This document shows, piece by piece, positions 12,826 to 26,701 of a stretch of DNA of 64,000 nt (positions are counted from its first letter, which is position 1; the number at the start of each line of letters is the position of its first letter). Where the stretch lies: positions 43,152,001-43,216,000 of the forward strand of contig OX597818.1 in assembly GCA_951406725.2 (NCBI GenBank), read 5' to 3'. The position numbers were made by a program, and so were the translations under genes. The notes beneath the pieces were generated by a model. That model was not told where the DNA came from, searched no databases, and saw nothing but the letters and a program-made list of their open reading frames with translations. Origin of the DNA: Octopus vulgaris. Lineage: Eukaryota.

Positions 12826-14114
12826 CTGTTTTCTGGGAAGAGAAAAGTGACAGATTCATTATTGTTGTTGTGTAGGTCTTAATCAGATGACTAAAGGCCT
12901 TATACCCATGACCACTTCTTCCTTTTTTTTTTTACTTTTTTTCAACGACTGTCTCTAGTATTACATTATCCTTAGTGGTTTATTTTTACTTTAATAAAAC
13001 AGTAGAATGTGATTGTGAGGGAGATTTGGCTACTATTTCTAGCATGTCCAGAAACCACACTGAAGCTCTCTCTTACTGGCTTGAGCAATAGACTTATCAG
13101 GAATTAATGTAGACATTCAGCAGAAATTACAAAAAGTTTAGAGAAATCAGAAACAAACGTAATGTGATTTTGTTTTACCGCATGGACTCAATTTCTCATG
13201 TGGGTTAAATCACCTTTGCCTTTCTGCTTTTGTTTATCATTATTATACACTACTCATGTGTCGGGAATACCCTGACATAATCATGAATGTCACATAATCT
13301 CATTTCTCTTCTTCACTCTAATTTATAGGCTTTAAGCCTATTTCAGATTTTTTATGAGTGCATGCTTGTGTGTGTGTGCGTGTGTATTTGCTTGTCTTTC
13401 CTCACTATCTTTTTCTTTCTCTTCCTTAGTTTTTCTCATTATCTCCACGCATCTTTCCTCTATCTTCCTGTCCTTCCTGAATATTTTCTGTTACATTTCT
13501 CTGTACCTCTTTCTTCCCCTCCTTTTACCCCCTATGTCAACGTTTCTTTCTCGTATTTAATTCACATCTTTATTTTATACTTATATCTTTTGTATTTTGT
13601 TTAGTCTTTTATTTCAGTTTATTTAAAAAAAAAAAATTAAGCTTGTTAAATTTGATTGAATATAAGCCTCTTTGATATCATGTAGGGGAGTGAGATTTCA
13701 ATCTGTTAATAACATTAGAAGACAGGGGTGAATGCACACACACATGAATGCACCCCCTACATTTACAAACACTCACTCTTCTACATGCATTCATAACCGA
13801 GATATGAAAATACAATTATTGAACAGCCCAGACATACACAAAACAAAGTATATGACACATAGTTGCTAAATTTTAAGCATGCACATACACACACAGCCAT
13901 CAGGGAGCTTCTATGTGGTTGTTAAACCTGGTAGAAATAACAACCAAACCTTGCTCAAATTATACCCTGCAGTCTTAAAGAAGGATATATTAGTCAATGT
14001 AGTCCCTGATATTAAAAAAAAAATGTTGGTCAGAACTGGATTGCCTTTTATCATAGGTCTGTCTGCTCTGTAACAGAAGTCCTGGAGCTAAACAGCAATG
14101 ACAATACTTACATA

Positions 14115-14277
14115 TAACTGAATGCAGATATTGTTAATATCACATACATTCTGTAACTGAATGCAAATATTGTTAATATCACATGCATTCTTTAACTGAA
14201 TGCAGATATTATTAATATCACATATATTCTGTAACTGAATGCAGATATTGTTAATATCACATACATTCTATAACTGA
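14115..14277. repeat. 39-bp minisatellite, ~4.2 units
   Basis: Unit taactgaatgcagatattgttaatatcacatacattctg starts at 14115, 14154, 14193, 14232 and 14271. Confidence 0.95.
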
Positions 14278-14438
14278 TCTTCAGATATATGTTGAGACAC
14301 ATGAAGACATTTCATACATGCCACTTTTATGGCACCACATAAGTGTGTACCCACAATTACTTTCTATATACAATAGACACACAGAGAAAATGCTGTGTAT
14401 ATGCCATTGCTATGTTGCATATGCATATATATATATAT

Positions 14439-14674
14439 ACCTATTTCTTTACTACCCACAAGGGGCTAAACACAGAGAGAGAATAAACGAGGACAGACAA
14501 ACGGATTAAGTCGATTACATCGACCCCAATGCGTAACTGGTACTTAATTTATCGACCCCGAAAGGATGAAAGGCAAAGTCAACCTTGGTGGAATTTGAAC
14601 TCAGAACGTAACGGCAGACGAAATACGGCTACACATTTCGCCTGGCGTGCTAACGTTTCTGCCAGCTCGCCGCC
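14439..14674 (-). mobile_element. SINE family B, full length
   Basis: High identity to 4988-5220 and 53489-53674. Confidence 0.9.
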
Positions 14675-15199
14675 TTGGTATATATATGCATATGTATATA
14701 TATATATATATACCAATGTGTGTGTGAGCAGTAGCAAGTGTTTACTGTTAAATGCACTTGTGCATGTGCATACATATACACACAATTACTGTATTTCCAA
14801 ATACACACAGTCACACAAGCAAGCACATACCATTACACATAAACATCCTTTCTTTTTCATGTTGGGTGTTTTAGGATCTCTCTGTCGATTGCGAAATAAC
14901 CCCCTGACACACACTTTCCAATCACTTATAAAGTAATCTTTTTGAATTTTCAAATTGAATAATTAATTAAATTTAGTGAAAACAGGGGCTTCTGTTTCTT
15001 TTCAAAGTTTTATTGTCATTTCATCTTTCAATTCTTTTCGAATTTGATTCAAACTCCCAGGGTAAGAGAGGAGTCTAAATGTTATCTCCATGTGTTAAAA
15101 CACAAAAGGAGCAGGGCCTAAATGAACAGGAAACTTGTCAAGCAAAGAACAGAATAACTGGGCATTCATCCCCGAGTACTTTACTCCTTCAGCAATCTC

Positions 15200-15459
15200 T
15201 AGTAGTAGTAGTAGTAGTAATCATCATCATCATCATCACCACCACTGCTGCTGCTGCCACCACCACCACCATCATCATCATCAGCATCACCACCACCACC
15301 ACCGCCGCCACCACCACCACCACCATCATCATCATCACCACCACCACCACCACCACCACCACCACCACCACCACCATCATCATCACCACCACCACCACCA
15401 TCATCATCATCACCACCACCACCGCCGCCGCCGCCACCACCACCATCATCATCATCATT

Positions 15460-15496
<37 letters not shown>

Positions 15497-15509
15497 CCAC
15501 CACCATCAT
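15200..15509. repeat. Compound trinucleotide repeat (AGT)n-(CAT/CAC/CGC)n
   Basis: About 310 bp of triplet repeats; explains the poly-His, poly-Thr/Ile and poly-Gly/Asp ORFs. Confidence 0.95.
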
Positions 15510-15999
15510 TGCATTTATTGGTTTCTTTGTTGTCCTTCTTCATCTTCTCATTTTGTCTTATTTTATTTCTTTTTTCTTTTCCTTTTTGTTTTTTCTCATT
15601 CTTTTCATTCATTTTTCTCTTGTTTGGCATTCATCTTTTATTTTATTTTATTTTTTTTTGTCCTTTTTATATGTAAAACACCTTAAACTGCAATGCTAAA
15701 ATGAGTTAAACTCACAATTTTTGTTTCCTTAGGCACATCAACAAAAGCTTTAGACTGTTTTTAAGATTCTTTGTTAATAGAAAAATCCAAATATTCTTCC
15801 GATTAAATAAAGATTACGGAGACAAGAGGGGAAAACTACTGAAACCAAATTTAATTGGCTTTTTTTTAAGTTTTCCTATTTTATTGTTGTGTTGTTGTAT
15901 TTTTATAAAATAATTTGGTTATATTTTTATTTAATTTACTCATCTTCAAAGCTGTTAAGCAATTTAGCTTTCAGATATTTCCCATTATATTAAATAGGA

Positions 16000-16545
16000 A
16001 ACATTGCATATTATAGTGGAGACATCACATATTATAGTGTAGGACATTATACGGAGAAATCATGTATTAGAGTGGGGACATTCATATGTTATAGTGGAGA
16101 CACATTGCATATTGTAGTGATGATATCACATATCATAAAAGAGATATCACATACTGCAGTGGAGATGTCACAATGTAGGGGGTGAGACATTATGTATTGT
16201 AGTGGAGACACATCGCATGGAGAAATGTATTAGAGTGGGGACATTCATATGTTATAGTGGAGACACATTGCATATTGTAGTGATGATATCACATACTGCA
16301 GTGGAGATGTCACAATGTAGGGGGAGCGACATTATGTATTGTAGTGGAGACACATCACATGTTGTAGGTGAGAGTGACATCATATTACGTGGGAAAGTGA
16401 CATCACATGTTGTGAAAACACATTGCATATTATAGGATAGACATCACATGCTGTAGTGACATTATATATCCTACATATTATGGGTTAAACATCACATATT
16501 GTAGAGAGGGTATCACATAATGTGAGACATCATTCATTGTAATGA
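16000..16545. repeat. Degenerate ~20-23-bp minisatellite with a higher-order duplication
   Basis: Recurring cacatattgtagtggagacat-like units; block tgtattagagtggggacattcatatgttatagtggagacacattgcatattgtagtgatgatatcacata occurs twice (~16063 and ~16225). Confidence 0.85.
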
Positions 16546-16694
16546 AGGGGAGATTTTGAGTTGTAGTGTAGCCTCAGTTTAATTCCACTCGAGCAGACAC
16601 ATGACACTGAGGTAGTTGGCTGAATAACAACGCAACAATCTCAGATTTGCTGTTCTGGATATACTGGGCTTCTTGCAACCTGGCAGTATGAACA

Positions 16695-17002
16695 TGTTGT
16701 TGTTTGTTCCTTCTCGAGCCACGCCTGGCTCATAGGGCCGGCTTCCCAGTTTCTTTGGCGTATAGGTTCCCCACCTGGACGGGACACCGGTCCATCACAG
16801 GTGAGCTGCAAGATGCAGGAGGAAAGAGTGAAAGAAAGTTGTGGCGAAAGAGTCAGCAGAAGTTCGCCATTACTTTCTGCCGGAGCAACGTGGAGCTTAG
16901 GTATTTCGCTCATAAACACACACATCGCCTGGTCTGAGATTCGAACCTGCGATCCCTCAACCACGAGTCCACTGCTCTAACCACTAGGCCATGTGCCTCC
17001 AC
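16695..17002 (-). mobile_element. tRNA-derived SINE (family C-related)
   Basis: Minus-strand head GGAGGCACATGGCCTAGTGGTTAGAGCAG...GGTTCGAATCTC; V-like motif gatggaccggtgtcccgtccagg; (AAC)n tail. Confidence 0.85.
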
Positions 17003-17254
17003 TATGAACATGTTGCATTCTCCTTGCTGTCTGATTTATTTCTGTTTGCTAATTATTATTGTCATTTAGCCCCAGGTCACTCTTGATCAGTCAGCCCTAT
17101 GATTACATCATTCCAGCCATGGCCGTGCTGACTTATTGTATATGATGGCCAAGACGCTACATTGCCTAGTGTGACTTTTATATTAAACACTTGAATGTAA
17201 TTTGAGGGAAATTTGGTTGCTAAAAATAGCAGCTGACTTCCCCTTGAATTACAT

Positions 17255-17590
17255 TTATGGTAAGATGTTTGCTTCCCAGCCACCTGGTTCCAGGTTCAGT
17301 CCCTCTGCATGGCACCTTGGACAAGTGTATTCTACTATAGCCTCAGGCCAACCAAAACCTTGTGAGAGGATTTGTTGATGGAAACTGAAAGAAACCCATA
17401 GTGTAAATGTGTGTGTGTGTGTATTTGTCCTCCCACTACTGGTGTTGGTGTGTTTATGTTCTGTAACTTAATGTTGCGGCAAAAGAGATTGATAGAGTAA
17501 GTACTTAGGCTGGTCCACTTGGCTAAAAACTCTTCAAGGCAGTACCCCTGTATGACCTCAGTCAAATGACTGAAACAAGTAAAAGATATC
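17255..17590 (+). mobile_element. SINE family A, diverged
   Basis: ggttcagtccctctgcatggcaccttggacaagtg...gtcaaatgactgaaacaagtaaaaga. Confidence 0.8.
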
Positions 17591-18444
17591 TTTGCGGGTC
17601 AAGTAACCTTGTAGAAGCTCTCTTGATGGCTTGTCTGTACACATGTAGATTCTAATGGTAGCACAAATAAGGGTTGTAAAGGTGAACTTGATCAGAGTGT
17701 AGCATTTACTGTTTGTCTGCACTTGCCATTGGTGGTATGCATTCCAGTACAGTGCTTGGAGTTAGTGAAGCTATCGATACAGTTTTTATGGTTTATCTAG
17801 GATGAGTGGAAGAAATAGGGTCTTTAGAATATTTAATTTTTGTATTTGGTTTGCAAGATTCTTGATGTGAACTCATGTGTTGAATCAAACTTTGTTGTAC
17901 TTTGGGGGGGTCATTGTACCAATAATAAACACATCCACTGGTTCTATTTCACTTCTTTATTATTTATTTGTCAGTTGGTTAACCTTTGATTCATCATTCA
18001 ATCAATCAATCAATAAACTAGGTTTATGATGTTGTTGTTGTCTTCAGTGATGTATATATTTCTAGAGTTTTTTTTTTTTTATATACTTGCAAAAATTGTA
18101 ATTATTGGAATTTACAATGGAAACAAACTGTATCACAAATGTCTTTTGTTTTTAGTTGCCTTTTCTTTTGGTTTCATGTTTAAGTAGTCTAAGGGGGTTG
18201 TCTATTACAACCTGTGATGATGTGAAATTCACTGTTTTATGTTCTTTGTAGTGCTTTAAACCTAAGAGAACAAAAGACAACAGTACTGGCATAATCAATG
18301 TACCATTTGTACAACTATTGTTATTTATTTCTTGTAACTGTGAGTGCTCTATGTATGTTGTTTTGCATTCTTTTCTTTGTACTGTGAATGCTGTAGAGAT
18401 GTTGTATGTAACTAATATTATTTTTGTCTAATGTGTGTATGGGA

Positions 18445-18800
18445 TATCTTTTACCTCTTACTTGTTTCAGTAACAGGACTTTTCCCATTCTGGGGGCACT
18501 GTCTTGAAGGGTTTTAGTCCAGGAAATCAACCACTTATTTTAAAGTCTAGTGCTTATTCTGTTGGCCTCTTTTGCTGAACTGTTAAGTTAAAAGGCTGTA
18601 AACAAACCAACACTGATTGTCACATAGTGCAGGACACACACACAAAGACTCACATGCATACACATATATGCAAGTGTTCCTCACAGTTTCCATCTGTCAA
18701 ATTCATATACAAGGCATTGGTCAGCCTGGAGTTATAGTAGAAGACACTTGCCCAAGGTGCTGCATAGTGGGACTGAACCTGACACTACATGGTTGCACAG
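18445..18800 (-). mobile_element. SINE family A, diverged
   Basis: Homology to 3832-4226. Confidence 0.75.
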
Positions 18801-18935
18801 TAAGCCTATGTTTATGTTTCCAAGTGTGATGGTTGTATTTGATGTTACCTGTTATTGCTAATAAAAGGAGAAAGACAGTGGAACAGTTAGGTGCTGCTTT
18901 AAGTCTGTTGTTTTGGAGTGAAGGTTCTAGGAGAG

Positions 18936-19074
18936 GACTTTGCCTTTCATCCTTTCGGGGTCGATAAATTAAGTACCAGTTACACACTGGGGTCGATGTA
19001 ATTGACTTAATTCGTGTGCCTGTCCTTGTTTGTCCCCTCTGTGTTTAGCCCCTTGTGGGTAGTAAAGAAATAGG
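18936..19074 (+). mobile_element. 5'-truncated SINE family B
   Basis: Begins at gactttgcctttcatcc; flanked by the duplicated sequence aggttctaggagag (~18922 and ~19072). Confidence 0.85.
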
Positions 19075-22000
19075 TTCTAGGAGAGTGTCATAGAACTAGA
19101 GTAACCATGTTTGTAGAATGAAGGGAGAATGTGAGTTTGGTGTCACTGGTTTATAAAGTTGTGTGTTTCATTTGAGAAGGTGTGGGAAGCTCATATAGTT
19201 ATAAGTTGATAAAAGTAAGAAGGTGGATATAGTATTCTGTTTAGGGGGAGATTTTAAGTATTGTGTAACAGTGATAGAGAAATAGGGTTTAGTGTAGTAG
19301 TAGTAGTAGAGATATCACCTATTCAATTGTAGGAGATATTTAGTCTACTGGAGTGTAGTGGTGAAGTAACCAGCTGGATTGTAGCTCATTTGTTGTCGGT
19401 CATTGTGTTTTGCTAGAGAATGCACCATCTATTGCAACTGCAATGTGTTATGGCTGATATGTTACCAGTTACAATTGCAACGTTTTGGAGATGTAGCCTA
19501 TTGTATTATTAATGGCATCTCATTTATTGCATTCTAGTGAGATGTCAGCAGTAGAATCGAGGTGAATAATTTGCCTGTTGTATTTATTTTTATCACTTGC
19601 ATTTGACCATTTAAATCCTGCTGGGAGTGTGGGTTGAGTTTCACCCCTCTCAAGCCAATAAACCAAATGCCAGCGATACATTGTAGTAAATTCAATCAAT
19701 TGTGCTCACTCTTTACAAAATTGACATTCCTCTGAAATAAACAGGAGATAACACTTCCTTCCCTATTTATGATAATGCTAAACAGCAATCTGTTGTTGGG
19801 TCAGATTGTACATCTCGGTTTCTATTTAAATTTCTTTTGTGATTTGGTCAATTGGTTTAGTTTGTTAAATCTTTACAATTAATTTATAGTTGGAGTCCTT
19901 TTCACAATGTAGAGCTTACTTCCCAGAGTGGATTTTTAGAGGAAAACAACAATGGCAGACTTGTAATTGAATACTAAATGATTTGATCCTTGTTGTTACT
20001 TCTTCATTTCTATTCACAAAACAATGGTGAACATTATGTAAAAAGCAAAACTAGAAAAGAAAAGAAAATATCCATAAGATTGTTTATGGTAAGAACCTTG
20101 CTCTCTACCCTTAAATTTTGCTAGTTTACAGAGCTGCTAAACAGTAATTTCACAACTGCTATTTCAAATTTCCACCATCTCAGTTTTCTGAATTTGCTAG
20201 GAACATATAATTAAGGAGGTTTCAGGTAAAGTATGTTTAAATTGAATGGGTATTCAGTATGAAAGTATTGAAAATACTTTTAAAAGATTTCTATTTTCTG
20301 ACTAGAATAAATCAGTCTTAATTTTTAACTGTGTTTATTTTGTTGATATTTGCTTATGTTTGCTAGATGTTGTCTATATACTCACCTTACATATACCAGT
20401 GTGTCCTAATTGCTATAGTATGTAAATTTCCAGCTTATAAAGAGAATAGATCAAAACATTTTTCAACTTTGTTCAATTGAAATCTATTTGCACAAACATG
20501 TTCGAAATATCATTTCATGGTTTAGAATTTAAGTGTTTATGTTAAAGTAGCTTTTAATAAAGTTATCGTAGGTGCACAAAATCTTACCATGAGTCTATAT
20601 CATATGTAGAAACACTATATATACTTTTGATAGTACTTATCAAATATTCTCCATTCATGTTAGAGCATATCTTAAAATTAGCAACATATGTCTAGGCATC
20701 GTTTTTCCTTTTGGTTTTATTTTGTGATCTAAAATTCCTAAAGTGCTCCTAAAATTTTACATTTTTAAAAGAATTCATAACATACTCTCTAAATTTTAAC
20801 ATAAGTCTTAAATAATCTTTTTTTTTTCAGTTTATCTTGAAACAGCTTAGAGGAGACAAAACATTAACATAACATAACTTTTAGATATCCTTTCTTGATA
20901 TGGTTTTTAAATTACATAACTGTCTTAAAAAAGATTTATTACTCTGGTTTTATATGTCTCCTTCCTCAACTGACCCTCACAAAGAATATTTACAGTACAG
21001 ATCACCCAATACAAAACAAATTCATTTACTATTGACAAGGGGGCTTCTTGTGTGAAAACAATTATTGTTGCCACCATTATGTTGCAACTGCCATTGTTAT
21101 TATATTGTTAGACACAAAACCACCCACCTTCTTATGACACTCTCATAAATCTTAGTTACATCTGACAGTCATTTCTGTAGCTCAATAAATTTTGCAGTCA
21201 ATGAGAAATGTCTCCTGTCTTCAGTTGGCTCTTAAAAGTTTCTGGAACTGTGGTTCGAGTGTTATAGATATTCTACAGTTTTTTTGTTTTTTTCCATATA
21301 TACTCTTCTTCCCTCAACAATATTATATAGTACCTTGGAAAAGAATTCAAGAAATACTTAAAGATATGAAATATGCTATTGACACACCAGCTAATAAGCT
21401 AGCTGTATGCAACACCTCATCTTTCAATTTTCATGACTGCTGTATATTGCTGTCAGTGAGGAAGGAATAATTTCCTTTGTACAAATAGGAAATGTTAGTC
21501 AATTTTATGCAATTTAAGAAAAACTGCATCTACAAGCATGAACTGCAATGGTGAGATTATATCTAGCTATTTGGCATTCCTAAATATTCTAGACTGCTTT
21601 CAACATAAATTGGATATCTTAGTTCTTTTTGACAGAACTGACACAAATGACTTTCTAATATTATTTCTATTTTCTGGGTCTATTGATCATCTGTCCCTGC
21701 TCTTGTGTATTCAATATTTCTGTTTCTCTCTCTGTGTTATATTTCTTTGTTTTTTTAATAACATGTTATTTTTTTCCCTTGCTTGGTGGCAGTTTTTAAC
21801 AAGAAATGAACCAACTTCATTCATATGACTGATGGTCACGTATCAAAGAATAATGATATTCATCTATTTTATAATGACTAGCTTATGCAGATTCATATAT
21901 TTCATGTGTTTATATGTATATCAATGTATATCTATGCATGTCTGTGTGTCTCTGTGTGTCATTCTTAGATATATTTATGTCATTCTGTGTGAATTCATGA

Positions 22001-23381
22001 ACAGTAAATAACATATAGAGAAAAGTCTCCTTGGAATAGTCTTTTTGAAAGACAGAGTATCAGAGGCAATTGTTAAGCCTTCAGCTACAAAGGTGAGTGG
22101 CTTTCAGAGGCAGTAACTAAAGCAGGAAGCACTTTTGCTGAGTGTAATGGTTCCAACAGTCATGACTGAGGAATGTAGTTAAATACCATTTTCTAATCAA
22201 GCCATTTTATAAGTTATTGGTTGGCATATTATTACTTGAGACTGGAGGGATTTATTAATTAAAAATTGTTCAGTAGATATCTGCACTGCTTATTCCCACC
22301 TGCCAGAGTTGCAGTGACCTTCAAGGAATTGATTAATACTTGTGTAAAGAGCTTATATAATTATCTGCCAAGTGAGTGGTTTTATTATAACCAAAATGTA
22401 TCTTATTAAAATACCAGTTTTGTTAATATACCATAGTTTTCCTGCAGGTGAGTAGTTTTCTACTGCTTCTTGTAAAGTAGAATTTAATTTATTGTACCTA
22501 TATATAGCTATTTGATCTCTTCCTAGTGCATTTTTATTATGCAGTTTTTCCTGCAACTTTTATCAGTCGTTTTGAAGTTGATAGTGTATTTTTACTTTTG
22601 ATGGAATAGTATTCTTTCTCATTGTATTAAATTATAATATCTTATGACTAAAATCTTTAGTTTCACTCTAGATTTTTAGACCAAAATTATTTCATATCTT
22701 CTTGAGCAAGGGATCTTTTTTATTGAGAGAATATTTCCTTTCATTCTCCACAATACAGTTTGTGGATTTGAAGCAAATTTATATATAATGGTGGTTAGTT
22801 GAAATAGTTATTTTCAGTAATGGAATTTATTGCACATGGTTTCCTATTTCAGAGTTATTAACAAGCCATCAAAAGTCTGGAGTTTAGAATCACCATACAT
22901 TTTAGATTATTTTATTCACAAGATGTAGATGGTATACAATGAACTTATTGTTCACCTTACACTGTATCATGGCATGTAAATGTCTGATTCTTCAACATAT
23001 ACAATTGACATTTACTTCTACTTTTGTTGTTGTATAGAGCAAACTAATCTCTAATTGAGCAGAAATATGATGAAAGACATTTCAACCATGACCAGTTTCT
23101 TCTCCAGACAGTGTGCATCCAAAATACATTATCCAATTGTCCCCTCTCTCTCTCAAGAGAGTAGGGGATAATACGAGGGAGTTGGGCTGCTAATAAGTTG
23201 AGCAATTGCATTGAGGTTTCCTCATTGGTTCTTTTTCTTTTGTTGTTTAGCCCCCAGGTCAGCCTTAAATAATCAGACCTCTGTTCAAAGACAGTCAAAC
23301 TAGGACCAACCAATGAAAACAAGAATAAGCCTTACTCTTCACCTAATTACAGAAACTATAAAGGCTCTGATTATCACAAGC

Positions 23382-23578
23382 AGGGCGAGATGCTTAGCGG
23401 TATTTTGTCTGCGTTCTGAGTTCAAATTCTGCCGAGGTCAACTTTGCCTTTCATCCTTTTGGGGTCAATTAAATAAGTACCAGTTACGCACTGGGGTCGA
23501 TATAATCAGCTTAATCTGTTTGTCTGTCCTTGTTTGTCCTCTCTGTGTTTAGCCCCTTGTGGGTTGTAAAGAAATAGG
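23382..23578 (+). mobile_element. SINE family B, 5' end clipped
   Basis: Homology to other family B copies. Confidence 0.85.
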
Positions 23579-23792
23579 CATCCAAACAATCTGGAATGCT
23601 GTTCTCACTTTTGTAAAAACTTAAATGCAATTCTGAGTCAAAGTGTTAATACTACATATATACGTGTGTGTGTGTGTGTGGTTTTCCCATCTCTGGGAAT
23701 AGTGGGGTACATTTTGAATAAAAATGCTTAACAAGAACATGTAATTTCACAGATATCAGCATTTCTGAGTATATTACATGTATGTATATAAC

Positions 23793-24052
23793 ACATATGT
23801 GATTAGAATGTCTCAGGAAAGAATCACAAGACAGATTCTTCAAGCCAAGCCAACCAGCAGAAGACTTGAGGGTAGATCAAGAATAAGATGGTTGGATAAT
23901 ATCCATAGTCCCAGCTGGTCACACTTGGGAATCCATCCAGAAAATCTAATGACAGTTGCTTCTGTTAGGACCCTATAGAGGAGAGGAGACAGGACTCTAC
24001 TCCTCCAACACCCCCAGGAATAATGGGCAAAGTAGTTGGAATGGAATGGAAT
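23793..24052 (+). mobile_element. 3' fragment of an RTE-type LINE
   Basis: Translation ..VIRMSQERITRQILQAKPTSRRLEGRSRIRWLDNI.. resembles the RTE C-terminal HV.RM...GRP..RW.D motif; (GGAAT)n tail. Confidence 0.75.
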
Positions 24053-24786
24053 ATGATATACATATCTTTGTGTATATCTTCATCTGTGTGTGTGTGTGTG
24101 TCTGTGTGTGTGTATGCATGTGTGTCTTGTGGAGCATCATATGGGAATAGACAGTAACATACCCTTAACAGTTACAATAATTGATCAAGGTGTCATATCA
24201 CAAAATATTCATGAAACAAACATGTATGATTAATTTGGATACATTAAGAATGCAAAGTTGTTTGCTCTGTTATTTGCTTCCTTTCCTATTCTGTGAAAGT
24301 GACAAGAAATGCAGATAATAAACATGAGTTAATGACAAGGATCATTTATATATATATAGATTTTTCATTTTTTTTTCTTTTTTTCTCTAATATATACTGA
24401 ACTGTTTTGGGAAGTTGACCTTTCCCTGATGAACGTGTCTGGTCCAATGTATGAATTTAATTCTCATGTCTTAATTTTCTTTTCCATACAATATAAATGG
24501 ATAAACTACTACAGTTTCACTCAATGTATTCACATTGATAGATTTCTCTCTCTGGCTTCTACTGTGAACGCTCCGTATGTGTGTGAATTTCTATTTCATT
24601 TTCATATATGGTTCATATTTGTTATATTCTTCTCACTACTTGTATTCAATGCACAACTGTTATGTGTGTGTGTTTGTCAGTTTTCGACACTGTAGTGACC
24701 TTATAGATAGAATAAAAGCTTCTGAATTCAGTCTGTATTGAATATATTAGCAATGTCAAAATAGATGTGAGTGTCAGTGTATTTCT

Positions 24787-24895
24787 TTGTGTGTGTGTGT
24801 GTGTGTATGTGTGTGTGTGTGTGTGTGTTTATTTGTTTGTTTGTTTGTTTGTTTGTTTGTTTGTTTGTTTGTTTGTGTGTGTCTGTGTGTGTGTG
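24787..24895. repeat. (TG)n/(TTTG)n compound microsatellite
   Basis: Direct observation. Confidence 0.95.
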
Positions 24896-25780
24896 AGTTG
24901 CATAATTTAATGCAGAACAAAGACTGTATAAATGGAAGTCTGAATAAACTACTGTATTGCAACAAATATATCATTTCATTTCCAAAATTGTCTTCATTGT
25001 TTAAAATCTTATTCCCATCAGACCTTTTATTTTCTGGATATTTCGACTAAATAGTCTATTGAAATAACTTGACTTTCCTGGCTTTAATCAATAGCTATTT
25101 TCTATATCAAATCTACTTCTTTCCATTATTATCAGGTAATTTTGACTAGTTTCACCAAATGATCTATCATTCACCAATATTACATTATATAGTAATCGCT
25201 ATTTCTGTTCTGCTCTATTGTACATCTTTATATACTTAAAATGTTTTATTATTTGTTGTGTATAAAAGAGCAAGTTTACTGTTGAAGTGCAGTGACAAGT
25301 ATACAATCAGCTCGATGAAGCCTTTTGTGTCATTTTAAATTCTTTCTATTGTAGTGGCTTATTTCAAATTTTGCTTTTGAAACAAACTTAGATATTATAG
25401 GAGATTCTTATTCTGAAATGTAATGAACATATTTCTGTCTCGACAAACTTCTGATAATAACAACCATAACAAGTGAGACTGAAAATCTAGTTTGCTTAAC
25501 TTAAAGGTCCAGATATTACCGCAGAAATTCATATATCAATTGAAATTCCCAATGCAATTTGCTTCTCGATTGGTACATTGCCACTTTCTTGAGTGAGAGA
25601 GAGAGAGAGAGAGAGAAAGAAAATGTTGTAGATGTCTGGTCTATGTAGCAATTGTTATGGTGTTTTCAAATGCCAAAGTAAGCTTATAAGTTTCCTAACA
25701 ATTTTCTTTGTATTTTGTATTTTATATGTAGATGTATATATATAGATGTACATGTAATATGTACACATATATACATGCAT

Positions 25781-26003
25781 TAGCACTATGACCCGGCAAT
25801 GACGGGTCATAATGCTAGTATATTATATAAAATCCGTTCTGTCTGTCTTCTAGGATCTCGGGCATCTTCCATCCGATTGCGCTCAAATTTGATATGTAGA
25901 TACCGACAGTATCAGGGCGTGTATAAGTCTTGAAAAAAATTACAAAATCGATTCCAGGTGAGAATGCGATCGATAAAGCTGTGGGAACGTGCATTTGTAC
26001 ACA
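25781..26003 (+). mobile_element. Helitron-like non-autonomous element: 3'-type hairpin+CTAG joined to a 5'-type end
   Basis: Hairpin TATGACCCG-GCAATGA-CGGGTCATA, then CTAG|T (25815-25819), then TTATATAAAATCCGTTCTGTCTGTC; homologous inverted copy at 27110-27362. Confidence 0.6.
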
Positions 26004-26419
26004 TAAGTACACACACATTACTATGCCATATACATTACGCAATATAAGGAAAGGTATAAATGTTACGCTTCCTAAAATGATAACTTTCCATGTCTTTATT
26101 TCAGAAGATAGAACTGGAAAATTAGAAAAAAGCAGCATGAGTATTGGATCAGCTTGGATAGAGGTTGTACACTGCTTGTCTGCTTAGATAGGCTGAAATC
26201 CTTATAATAGTGGTAATAGAAAGAGTAGAAACAGTATATGGGTTAGTTAGAGGTTGAGGGTGTCACGGTGAATGAATTTTAACTAATCAGCTGAATGGTC
26301 TTTGTATACATGTGGTCCTAGTATGTTTGTGTGTGCAGCAGTGGTACCATCCCAGATATGTCAGCATTATTTTAATATGGATTGAACTTCAGCTCTGATT
26401 AAATATTGTACACATGCAT

Positions 26420-26452
<33 letters not shown>

Positions 26453-26473
26453 AAATAAAAGAAGCTGGGATGA

Positions 26474-26701
26474 TTAACCCTTTTGTTACTGTATTTATTT
26501 TGAGATGCTCTGTGTTTCTTTTAATTACTTTAAATATAACAAAGAATTTAGTAAAATAACTTGGTTATCACTCAGCTAGTGTTAGGAACATAAATTGTGA
26601 CTAAGGTTTGGTGGAAGATTTTAATTCAAAACTTATGAAAACAAGACATTTGTACTCAGAGCCAGAGGCAGTTTCAGCCGGGTTGGTAGCGAAAGAGTTA
26701 A
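26474..26701. mobile_element. piggyBac-type MITE
   Basis: TTAA TSD on both sides; termini CCCTTTTGTTAC / GTAGCGAAAGAG; four related copies in the window. Confidence 0.85.

Noticed and set aside
15079-15699. Poly-His, poly-Thr/Ile and poly-Gly/Asp ORFs of 106-206 aa
   Set aside because: Triplet microsatellite open in several frames on both strands; no splice or domain context.
14115-16545. CRISPR-like appearance of short repeats
   Set aside because: Units are contiguous or degenerate with no unique spacers, there are no cas genes, and the context is eukaryotic.
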